Of a stretch of DNA of 64,000 bases, positions 19,835 to 28,635 are shown piece by piece. Source of the stretch: an uncultured Acidobacteriaceae bacterium (lineage in GTDB: Bacteria > Acidobacteriota > Terriglobia > Terriglobales > Acidobacteriaceae). The stretch spans positions 67,263 to 131,262 of the forward strand of contig CAWELL010000009.1 in assembly GCA_963809865.1 (NCBI GenBank), read 5' to 3'. The notes under the pieces are model-generated. The model was not told the DNA's origin, searched no databases, and saw only the letters and a program-made list of their open reading frames with translations. Position 1 is the first letter of the stretch. Every line of letters begins with the position of its first letter. The position numbers and the translations under genes are program-made.

Positions 19835-21595
19835 ATGCGATTCCTGGCACTGGCCCTGTGCCTCGTTTTTTCCACACAAATGTTTGCTGCCGATAACCTT
19901 GACGCTCGCCGAAAGCAATTGAACGACCTGGTATCCGAGTACTGGGAGCATAATCTCAAGACGGATCCCGTCTTCGCCTCGATCATCGGCGACAAGCGCT
20001 ACAACGACCAACTTGGCAGCACCTCGGCGGAGTTCTTGAGAAAGGAAGCCGATATCGATCGGCAATATCTGGCGCGCTTCGAGGCGATCGACACCGCCGG
20101 CTTTCCGCAACAGGAGAAGCTCAACCAGGAACTGGAGATTCGCGAGATCAAGCGCGGCCTCGGTTTCTACGAGCTCAAACTCTGGCAAATGCCGGTCAGC
20201 CAGATCAGCGGCATTCATATCGAAGCCCCGCAAATCGTGACCGTTTTGTCCTTTGAGACAGTGAAGGACTACACCGACTACATCGCCCGCTTGCACCAGT
20301 TGCCACGCATCTTTGACGAGACCATGGACAACATGCGTCTGGGCATGGCCGACGGGATGATGCCGCCGAAGTTCCTGTTGGAGAAAGCGGTCGACCAGAC
20401 CAACGACATCGCGAGCACCCCGCCGGAAAAGTCGCCGTTCGCGCAGCCCTTCGACAAGTTTCCTGCCGGCTTCTCTGACGCTGACAAGACACGCCTGAAG
20501 AAAGATGGCCTCGATGCAATTCAGCACGATGTAGTGCCCGCCTACGTGAAGCTCGCCAAGTTTCTGAAAGACGATTACGCGCCCAAAGGCCGCACCGAGG
20601 TAGGCATCTGGTCTCTTCCCAACGGCGACAATATCTACCGCTTCATGGTGCGTGAGGCCACCACTACCGACGTTGAGCCTGAAAAAATCCACGAGATCGG
20701 ATTGCAGCAGGTTGCCGAGATCGAGAAGCAGGAGCTGGCGATTGCCAACAAGCTTGGTTACAAGGACCTGAAGAGTTTCTCGGCAGCGATTGCGGCCGAT
20801 CCCAAGCTCCATGCGCACTCCCGCGAGGAGATCCTTGATCTCTATCGCAAGTACATTGGGCAGATGGAGCCCAAGTTGCCGCAGCTCTTCGGACATCTTC
20901 CCAAGGCCAAGCTCATCGTCATGCCTGACGAGGCGTATCGCGAGAAAGATGCCTCGGGCGCCGAGTACGTCGAGGGCACTCCCGACGGCTCGCGTCCGGG
21001 ACACGTGATGGTTAACACCAGCGATCCCGAGAAGCGGCTTACCATCGACATCGAGTCCACGGCCTATCACGAGGGAGTTCCCGGGCATCACCTGCAGCTC
21101 TCGATGGCACAGGAGGTCGGCACACTGGCGCCCTTCCGCCAGCACGGATACTGGGGCGCTTACATCGAAGGCTGGGCGCTCTACTCCGAGCGCCTGGGCA
21201 AAGAGGTCGGCTTTTACCAAGACCCGTATAACGACTATGGCCGCTTGGAGGACGAGATGCTGCGCGCCATCCGCCTGGTCGTCGATACCGGTCTGCACTA
21301 CAAGCACTGGACACGCGAGCAGGTGGTGCAGTTCTTCCACGATCACTCATCGGTAGACGAGCCCAATGTGCAGTCGGAGACCAACCGTTACATCTCCTGG
21401 CCCGGACAGGCGCTATCCTACAAAATGGGACAGTTGGAGATTCTCGATCTGCGCGCTCATGCCCAGAAAGAGCTTGGCAGCAAGTTCGACATCAAGGAGT
21501 TTCACGACCAGGTGATTGATTCCGGAGCATTGCCACTGGATGTGCTACAGGTCCAGATCGACGACTGGATCGCGCAGAAGAAAGCGGCGAAATAG
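19835..21595 (+). CDS. DUF885 family secreted protein (metallopeptidase-like)
   Basis: 586-aa ORF with a signal peptide. The STAYHEGVPGHHLQ motif is typical of DUF885. The long antisense ORF 19763..21346 is treated as a shadow ORF. Confidence 0.8.
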   Translation: MRFLALALCLVFSTQMFAADNLDARRKQLNDLVSEYWEHNLKTDPVFASIIGDKRYNDQLGSTSAEFLRKEADIDRQYLARFEAIDTAGFPQQEKLNQELEIREIKRGLGFYELKLWQMPVSQISGIHIEAPQIVTVLSFETVKDYTDYIARLHQLPRIFDETMDNMRLGMADGMMPPKFLLEKAVDQTNDIASTPPEKSPFAQPFDKFPAGFSDADKTRLKKDGLDAIQHDVVPAYVKLAKFLKDDYAPKGRTEVGIWSLPNGDNIYRFMVREATTTDVEPEKIHEIGLQQVAEIEKQELAIANKLGYKDLKSFSAAIAADPKLHAHSREEILDLYRKYIGQMEPKLPQLFGHLPKAKLIVMPDEAYREKDASGAEYVEGTPDGSRPGHVMVNTSDPEKRLTIDIESTAYHEGVPGHHLQLSMAQEVGTLAPFRQHGYWGAYIEGWALYSERLGKEVGFYQDPYNDYGRLEDEMLRAIRLVVDTGLHYKHWTREQVVQFFHDHSSVDEPNVQSETNRYISWPGQALSYKMGQLEILDLRAHAQKELGSKFDIKEFHDQVIDSGALPLDVLQVQIDDWIAQKKAAK

Positions 21596-21617
21596 GATAT
21601 TCGCGTAGGTGTATAAC

Positions 21618-21769
21618 AACGGGTGGAGCACGCCTTCAGGCGTGCAGAGTGCCGCGTAGTTTGATGGCTGCGCTTTAGCGCCTGAGGTTATGTGCTCCTT
21701 TACCTCAGCGGCTAAAGCCGGCGTATACCAGGAGCGCGACTGCACCGCTGAAGCGGTGCTCCACCCGTT
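21618..21769. repeat. ~150-bp nested palindromic element (REPIN/MITE-like)
   Basis: The outer arms are AACGGGTGGAGCAC (21618..) and GTGCTCCACCCGTT (..21769). The inner arms are GCTTTAGCGCCTGAGGT and ACCTCAGCGGCTAAAGC. Each outer arm also carries a local hairpin (GCACGCC-TTC-AGGCGTGC and GCACCGC-TGAA-GCGGTGC). Confidence 0.7.
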
Positions 21770-21805
21770 GCACCCGCACAGAATCGCTCAAGGAGAAAGC
21801 CCGGA

Positions 21806-22285
21806 ATGTCGGTTTACGACTACAGTGCGAAGCTGAACAACGGTAGCCCTACCAAGCTGAGCAAGTACAAGGGCAAAGTGCTGCTGGTGGTGAACACTGC
21901 CAGCCAATGCGGCTTCACCCCGCAATACAAGGGCCTGCAAGAGCTCCACGCCAAGTACAAGGATCGCGGCTTTGCGGTCCTGGCGTTTCCCTGCGATCAG
22001 TTCGGGCATCAGGAGCCGGGCAGCGACGACGAGATCCAGTCGTTCTGCGAGACCAACTACGGCATCGACTTCCCGCTATTCTCGAAGATCGAAGTCAACG
22101 GTGACGACGCTCATCCGCTGTACAAGTTTCTGAAGAGCGAAAAAGGCGGACTGCTGGGCGATGCCATCAAATGGAACTTCACCAAGTTCCTGATCGACAA
22201 ACAAGGAAGCGTCGTCGACCGCTATGCCCCACTGACTCCGCCTGACAACATCGCGCGCGACATCGAGAGAGAGCTCGAGCGATAG
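21806..22285 (+). CDS. gpx: glutathione peroxidase (Cys-type)
   Basis: 159-aa ORF with LLVVNTASQCGFTPQY and AFPCDQFGHQEPG, which are canonical GPx motifs. The active site has Cys, not Sec. Confidence 0.9.
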   Translation: MSVYDYSAKLNNGSPTKLSKYKGKVLLVVNTASQCGFTPQYKGLQELHAKYKDRGFAVLAFPCDQFGHQEPGSDDEIQSFCETNYGIDFPLFSKIEVNGDDAHPLYKFLKSEKGGLLGDAIKWNFTKFLIDKQGSVVDRYAPLTPPDNIARDIERELER

Positions 22286-22314
22286 AGGGCGCCAGACGAT
22301 TCCGCACTTCTCGA

Positions 22315-23652
22315 TCATTTCGGTTCGATTCGATCGAGCGGTGATTTCCTCAGCAGTAGGCGCAATTTCTCAAGCTGTTCCACCGTGCTGTCGATCATCC
22401 ATTGCGGAACGGGCACGGGAGTGAGTGGGGGCGCAGGGAGACCCGCCGAACTTGGAGTCGGCGTCGCCAAGTCCAGCTTTTTCGCTTCATCCAGCAACTC
22501 GTTCGCCCTCGCATCATCGCCCAATCCGGCATAGGCCTGCGACATGGTTGCCTTGATCCAAAATTCGCTCTCTCCTGTTGGCAGCGGTTGCGATGCCAAC
22601 TGTCGCTCACATAACTGAAGCACGCGACGCCGTGTCCGTTGAGCAAGCACAAAGTCGGCGATCGCATCGGCGGGGTCCGCATCAGGTAGGGCAGCACGAA
22701 CATTCAGCATGTAAGCCAGATTGATACCGTTGTAATAGTCGTTCTTTACGTAAAAGCCTTTCTCCGACGCCCAAATCGCTCTATTAAGCTGAGCTATGTC
22801 CCTCACCTCATCCCACAGGCGTTTTTGCACCGATCCGTAAAGTCCCAGCGTTTCGGTATCGGTTGAAGTTTCCGGTTGGAGACTCAACAGCAACTGCTCC
22901 GCTTCCTTTAAAGCGTCGACCACCGTCGGCATCTTTGCCTTGTAAGTTGCCAGCGCTAACTTCTGCACGACATACGCATCGTTCGGCAGCATGCTCCGCA
23001 CCACAGTTAGCAGGCTCTTCGCAGTCGAAAAGTCGCTGCGCTTGACAGCCGCGTCCACCTGATCCATGAGCGCCCTGACGGTCGGCTGATCGGCTTCGGG
23101 CTCAGTCGAGGCCTGCTGCGCTACAGCTTTCGCTGCTCGCTTGATTTCCTCCTTGGCGAGCACGGGCGGCTGAAGCCGGTTCAGAAAGGTGTATACCGGG
23201 CTATCGATGGCCGCATTTTGACCGACGATAGTCACGGCTTTCTTGAGTTCTTCCTGCATTCGCATGGCTTCGTCAAAGCCGATGTCTTCCCCCAGATGGT
23301 GGTACTGCCGGATCGCAATCTGACCGATGTCGAACGGGAAAACCAGCTTGTCTTCGGCAATCGTGATGGTGGTGAAAGGTTTCAGGGCGTGACGGACGCC
23401 GAGTTCGTAAAACGCATTCTCGTTATAAGTGGAAACGTCAGCCACAACGACGTCCGCATCCAGCAACTGCTCGTACATAGGAACGTTGATGTTTCCAGCG
23501 TGCTGGATTTCGTCCGCCCGGATGCACTCATATCCTGCCGCAATGACGGCTGGCTTAATAATGTTCTTGTACGACTTGTCCAGATCGAGGACCCGGCCTG
23601 ACCGGTAATCGGTCTTCTTCCCGAAACCCATTACGACGAAGCAGGTTGGCAT
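22315..23652 (-). CDS. DUF4071 (MAP3K/ASK1 TRAFs-binding-type TPR) protein with N-terminal nucleoside-2-deoxyribosyltransferase/TIR-like domain
   Basis: 445-aa ORF. The N-terminus CFVVMGFGKKTDYRSGRVLDLDKSYKNIIKPAV...RADEI...VVADVSTYNENAFYELGVRHAL matches my memory of bacterial TRAFs-binding-domain proteins. The C-terminal half is helical-repeat (DAYVVQKLALATYKAK, DYYNGINLAYML). Confidence 0.55.
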   Translation of the reverse strand: MPTCFVVMGFGKKTDYRSGRVLDLDKSYKNIIKPAVIAAGYECIRADEIQHAGNINVPMYEQLLDADVVVADVSTYNENAFYELGVRHALKPFTTITIAEDKLVFPFDIGQIAIRQYHHLGEDIGFDEAMRMQEELKKAVTIVGQNAAIDSPVYTFLNRLQPPVLAKEEIKRAAKAVAQQASTEPEADQPTVRALMDQVDAAVKRSDFSTAKSLLTVVRSMLPNDAYVVQKLALATYKAKMPTVVDALKEAEQLLLSLQPETSTDTETLGLYGSVQKRLWDEVRDIAQLNRAIWASEKGFYVKNDYYNGINLAYMLNVRAALPDADPADAIADFVLAQRTRRRVLQLCERQLASQPLPTGESEFWIKATMSQAYAGLGDDARANELLDEAKKLDLATPTPSSAGLPAPPLTPVPVPQWMIDSTVEQLEKLRLLLRKSPLDRIEPK

Positions 23653-23709
23653 GAGCGGGAGAATAGCACAGGAGTCTCCCGCTCAGATGATGATTTCGGG
23701 GCTTGCAGC

Positions 23710-25335
23710 CTACTGCAACAACCCGAACACGGCTACGCCCGTGGGCGTGCCGACATACACCCGGCCATTCGCAATCATCGGGGTGATGAACTTGTTGCCG
23801 TTGCCGAACTGGTCGCGCGAACCCTGCTGATTACTGTTGTAGAGCTCCTGCGTCAGATCAAGCGCGTTGTAGGCGTGCAGCACCGCGGGCGACGTATTCT
23901 CGACCGCCCACAAAATGCCGTTCTGAGAAAAGTTCGACGAAATACTTGGCGTCGCGCCGGGATAAGTGAAGGTTTTGCTGGTCTGGCTCTTGGGTGAAGT
24001 CGCGAGCATTCCGTTCACGATGGGATAAGCCTTAATGTAGTCGCTGACTCCGCCGTAGTAGACGGTGTTGTAGAAGTACGCCGGCATCGACCACGCCCCA
24101 CCCGGCAGAGCGCCACTCAGTTCCTGGTAGACATTGTTGTTATTGTTGGGATTCCACTTGCCCATGTTGTCGCGGTTCGCGACATAGATGTTGCCGTCCT
24201 TGCCGGCGCCGACGACAAGGTGAACTTTCTTGTTAGCCGAGACCGAAATATCAGGCAGCACCAGCGCTCCGCCTGATCCCAAATCGGTGTCGGAGTTCGA
24301 CTCCTGCACCGTGTTGTACATATTGAAGTAATCAGCGACTGCGAGTGGCCCCGAGGTGGAAACCTTCACTATGGCGTTACCGTAGTCGCCGTTGATGGGG
24401 AACCCGTTGCCGTCGAGCGTCGTATCGAACGTCCCGTTGGCATCCAGAAAATAGAGATAGCCGTCGCTATCGGCGGCGATCCCCGCGCCTGCCATCCAGA
24501 TCGAACCTTCATTTCCATTGGGCGTGACATCGAGGACGGAGGTCTGTTGCAGCGTCGTCGCACTGTATTGCATCAGCCAGCCGGTGTAGGGACGTGCGTC
24601 GCAGTGCGAGGTGAATCCCAGGTAGATATTGCCGGCCACTTCAAGAAGTCCGGCGCGCTCGGCGTAATACTTCGGATCGAAGACCACATACCCGTTCTGG
24701 TGGTTGTCGCCGTTGCCGGGATACTTCGCCTGAATCTCCGTCGGCCCGCCGAACAACTCCGCTCCCGTGGTGAGATCGACCGCGTGCAGCCGCTGATGAT
24801 ACCCGCCGTTGGAGTCCTTCGACATGGCCACGAAGTACATGGCGCCGTTGCCACCTTGATTGCGATCGATCACCGGCGTGTTGGTGATGCCGATCTCGGG
24901 ACTGATCTGCCCGCACCCGAACACGGCTTCGCTGGTGGTTTCGCCCGCCAGCAGCGCGGTGGTGTTCCACAGCTGAGCCCCGGTGTCGGCATCGAAGGCG
25001 TAAATGCTGTCATGCTCGCTGACCACGTACAGCACGTTGTGAATCGCGCTGTTGATCATGACGTTGGAGACGTAGAGTGGCTCGGCATCCACCTTGCCGT
25101 CGGTGGTAAGGAAATTCACTTTGCCGAAGTTCGTCGAATTCACATTGGTCGTCGTGAGTACGGTCTCCAATGGCATCAGCCCCGTACGCAGGTTGTCGTC
25201 GTGGTAGGTGAGCACGTTGATTGGCTCAGCCGACGTAGGCGGCGCCGCGGTGCCAGCGCGTTTGTGCGCTGCCCGTGCTGCGAGAAGAACTGCGGGGAAG
25301 AGCAGTATGCAGAAAAGAGCTGTGCTGGAACGCAT
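23710..25335 (-). CDS. secreted PQQ-like beta-propeller protein
   Basis: ORF 23710..25626 trimmed to MRSSTALFCILLFPAVLLAARA (ATG 25335). It has repeated ...LYVVSEHDSIYAFDADTGAQLW..., ...MYFVAMSK.., ...IYVGTPTGVAVFGL blades. Confidence 0.7.
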   Translation of the reverse strand: MRSSTALFCILLFPAVLLAARAAHKRAGTAAPPTSAEPINVLTYHDDNLRTGLMPLETVLTTTNVNSTNFGKVNFLTTDGKVDAEPLYVSNVMINSAIHNVLYVVSEHDSIYAFDADTGAQLWNTTALLAGETTSEAVFGCGQISPEIGITNTPVIDRNQGGNGAMYFVAMSKDSNGGYHQRLHAVDLTTGAELFGGPTEIQAKYPGNGDNHQNGYVVFDPKYYAERAGLLEVAGNIYLGFTSHCDARPYTGWLMQYSATTLQQTSVLDVTPNGNEGSIWMAGAGIAADSDGYLYFLDANGTFDTTLDGNGFPINGDYGNAIVKVSTSGPLAVADYFNMYNTVQESNSDTDLGSGGALVLPDISVSANKKVHLVVGAGKDGNIYVANRDNMGKWNPNNNNNVYQELSGALPGGAWSMPAYFYNTVYYGGVSDYIKAYPIVNGMLATSPKSQTSKTFTYPGATPSISSNFSQNGILWAVENTSPAVLHAYNALDLTQELYNSNQQGSRDQFGNGNKFITPMIANGRVYVGTPTGVAVFGLLQ

Positions 25336-25487
25336 GCGCGGCACCTCCAGGGACTGTTCCGAAGAGTCTACTGCAAGGGAGATGGGTTGGTCGTCGGCGA
25401 GTTTGCCTGGTCTCGAAAATTTTACAGATAAGACCACTTTTGTGTCGGCCTGAAATTGAATATGACGGCACTGGCTATAATCGAGCC

Positions 25488-25820
25488 ATGGACGAACAAG
25501 ATTTCCGCCGCCAAGCTGACGCCAGTCTCGAAACCTTGAAACGCAGCCTCTACGAGGCCGAAGGGGAAGCCGACTTCGAAGTGGAAGAAAACGCCGGCGC
25601 GCTGCACATCGTCTTCGAAGAGCCACCCGGCAAGTTCGTCGTCTCGCCCAACGCCCCCGTCCGCCAGATCTGGATATCCGCGCTGTCCACCAGTTTCAAA
25701 CTGGATTGGTCAGAGAAGAAGCAGGAATTTGAACTGACGAAGACGGGTGAAACCATCAAACAGCTTGTCGGCCGGCTGATCAACGAACAGTTGGGCGAAG
25801 AGGCGATTCGATTGAAATGA
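25488..25820 (+). CDS. cyaY: iron-sulfur cluster assembly protein CyaY (frataxin homologue)
   Basis: ORF 25275..25820 trimmed to MDEQDFRRQADASLETL. It has GALHIVFEEPPGKFVVSPNAPVRQIWISA, typical of CyaY, and is 110 aa long. Confidence 0.85.
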   Translation: MDEQDFRRQADASLETLKRSLYEAEGEADFEVEENAGALHIVFEEPPGKFVVSPNAPVRQIWISALSTSFKLDWSEKKQEFELTKTGETIKQLVGRLINEQLGEEAIRLK

Positions 25821-26026
25821 CGGCGTTCGCCATTCGCTCTTCGCCGGACGGGACGACGCCACGTCGGCCACGCTTCTCAGCGTCCCTCAGCCCCTTTCGT
25901 GCGTAACAAACATCGTCCGTGGCGCAATATTCGCGGTTAACGTTGGCAACGCAAATCGTGCGCTCGCTGACGGTGAATGGGGCGGCGGAATCGACGTTGG
26001 CTTGAGCAGTTGCTGTAGCGGTCTTT

Positions 26027-26635
<609 letters not shown>

Positions 26636-26968
26636 CCGCTACCTCGCGACTTGCCCTTACTGCAAATACTATCCTGCGGCATGGCTTTCTCCAATGGCTG
26701 TGATGCCGGTCACAGAAACGCAATCGATGGAGTCACTTGCGTCATGCCCGGCGGGGGCAGTGGGCACGGTAATCAGCGGCAATAACCGGCAGCGGGGCTG
26801 TCTGAAGGGCAATTTCCTTGACATTGAGGGCGATGAAAACCAGAATACCCTCACACAAGACTGGCCCTCGCCATGGCTTTTTTCCTCCCACTGCGAGCCA
26901 GGCGCCCCCGGCGAGGAGCCGGAATCAAGGACGTCCAGCAGCAACGGACGAGAGAAGGAAGCACACCC

Positions 26969-28561
26969 ATGCAACTGGCAAAGCTGTTGAAGATCCTCAC
27001 TTTTCTGGCGGTTCTGGCCCTCGTTATGACCGCCTCGGCCCAGCAGATACGATATGAAGATTTCTCGAAGAACCTGAACTTCCTCACCCTGAACGGGACG
27101 GCTCATACCGACACTTGGAATAGCCTGGCGGTGCTGCGGCTGACGGATGGTCCTGGCGGGTCCAGCCAGAGCGCGCCCGCAAGTTCGGTATGGTTCAGTA
27201 TTCCGCAGCCGTTACCAAGCGGATTCACTTCTTACTTCCAATTCGTCATTCATCGCCCGGTAGCTTGCTGCACGCCGGGTGATGGTCTGGCTTTCGTCAT
27301 TCAGAGCGCGCCAAATACCGACGCCAGCCTCTGTGCCACGGGAGCGCAGTCGACCGCGCTTGGCACGGCGTTAGGCGGTCTTGGCTACACCGGAATTCCC
27401 AACAGCATTGCCATCGAATTTGACACTCGGCAGGATCCCTGGGACCCGAACGCCAACCATGTCGCAATGCAAAGTTGTGGCACGAACTCCAACACTCCAG
27501 TTCACAACTCGGGGGTTTATAGCATCTGCTCGAACAACAACGTAACCAGCTGCCTTTACAAGGGCAACATCAGCACCGCCATTCCCCCGCTCGGAGTCGC
27601 GTGCGGCAATGGGGGATGCGTTGATGGCATCCCGGTTACGGTCGTCGTCGAATACACGGGTACCTCGAAATCAGACCCGCACCATCTGTACGTCTACGTC
27701 GATCCCTTATTAATCCCGGGTACGCATACGCCGGTTGCTAACGCCACTGCACAGATTAATGTGCCGGGGTTCACGATCGAGAACCAAATTCAGATCATCC
27801 AGACGGCTACGGCATCTGCTTTGGTAGGTTTCACCGCCAGTGGGGACAATACTCAGACGACCGACTTGATTACGTGGGAGTTCACTCCACACACGCCAAT
27901 TCAGATCACACAGCAACTCAACAATAACGGTATGGAAAATGAGTTCGATTTCGGAGACCATCTTTACGGAGTCACCTATCCCGCGAACAGTTTCCAGGGC
28001 ACCTTTTACATGACGGTGAACGCCATCCCGATCAGTCAGGCGGACTTCTACAGCATGCGCCTGCAAAACAACACCTTGTTCAACAACGAGCAGTGCGTGA
28101 GGTATTACAGCACCGGCAACGGCTTAGACAACAACGGGAACGAGGGGCCCAATTGCATCTACTATGAAGTGACGTGCCAGGACAGCATGCACAACAACGT
28201 GGCCTGCCCCAACCCGATGATTAACAACGTGGAAGTACCGATTGACACCCTGACCACTTACAGCACGCCGGACAACGTCAATGCCGGCAATGCCGACTAC
28301 ATCAAAGCGCCGATCGGAACCAACAACTGGTGCTCCATCTTTACCAGCTTCCAGCAGAACGACATTGACCCCACCACCTCAGGAAAGGGCAACAACTTCT
28401 CCGACTTTGTTGCCACCTTCAAAACGGGACCCGGACAAGACCCACAGTGCCCGCCACCGGGAAGTTCGAGCAAACTGTTGCGCAAACTGCCGCAGACCAA
28501 TGCCGCTGCGCCAGCCGGCACCTCGCGGCAGGAGTCCGGCCCCGCAGGTGGGAATAAATAG
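26969..28561 (+). CDS. secreted legume-lectin-like (ConA-like) domain protein
   Basis: ORF 26873..28561 trimmed to MQLAKLLKILTFLAVLALVMTASAQQ (GAGAAGGAAG RBS). FLTLNGTA...LRLTDG...GDGLAFVIQSAP...LGYTGIPNSIAIEFDT...NHVAM is the L-type lectin pattern. Confidence 0.7.
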   Translation: MQLAKLLKILTFLAVLALVMTASAQQIRYEDFSKNLNFLTLNGTAHTDTWNSLAVLRLTDGPGGSSQSAPASSVWFSIPQPLPSGFTSYFQFVIHRPVACCTPGDGLAFVIQSAPNTDASLCATGAQSTALGTALGGLGYTGIPNSIAIEFDTRQDPWDPNANHVAMQSCGTNSNTPVHNSGVYSICSNNNVTSCLYKGNISTAIPPLGVACGNGGCVDGIPVTVVVEYTGTSKSDPHHLYVYVDPLLIPGTHTPVANATAQINVPGFTIENQIQIIQTATASALVGFTASGDNTQTTDLITWEFTPHTPIQITQQLNNNGMENEFDFGDHLYGVTYPANSFQGTFYMTVNAIPISQADFYSMRLQNNTLFNNEQCVRYYSTGNGLDNNGNEGPNCIYYEVTCQDSMHNNVACPNPMINNVEVPIDTLTTYSTPDNVNAGNADYIKAPIGTNNWCSIFTSFQQNDIDPTTSGKGNNFSDFVATFKTGPGQDPQCPPPGSSSKLLRKLPQTNAAAPAGTSRQESGPAGGNK

Positions 28562-28588
28562 ATTCACAGCAGTTAGCTAGCAACACCA

Positions 28589-28617
28589 AAGCCCCGGAAT
28601 TCCGGGGCTTCTTTATT
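28589..28617 (+). terminator. terminator hairpin between convergent lectin and kinase genes
   Basis: A perfect 22-nt palindrome AAGCCCCGGAATTCCGGGGCTT is followed by CTTTATT. Confidence 0.7.
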
Positions 28618-28635
28618 GTCGTTGGAAACCGTTGC

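Noticed and set aside
19763-21346. 527-aa ORF antisense to the DUF885 gene
   Set aside because: The reasoning is the same: the plus-strand ORF carries the family motif HEGVPGHH and a signal peptide, and the antisense product has no features.
21806-22285. Possible selenocysteine in the glutathione peroxidase
   Set aside because: The active-site codon encodes Cys (QCGFT), and there is no in-frame TGA.
26669-27106. Minus-strand 145-aa ORF upstream of nuoB, considered as a possible nuoA
   Set aside because: It has no transmembrane helices or NuoA motifs, and it overlaps the start region of the lectin gene. It is treated as spurious.
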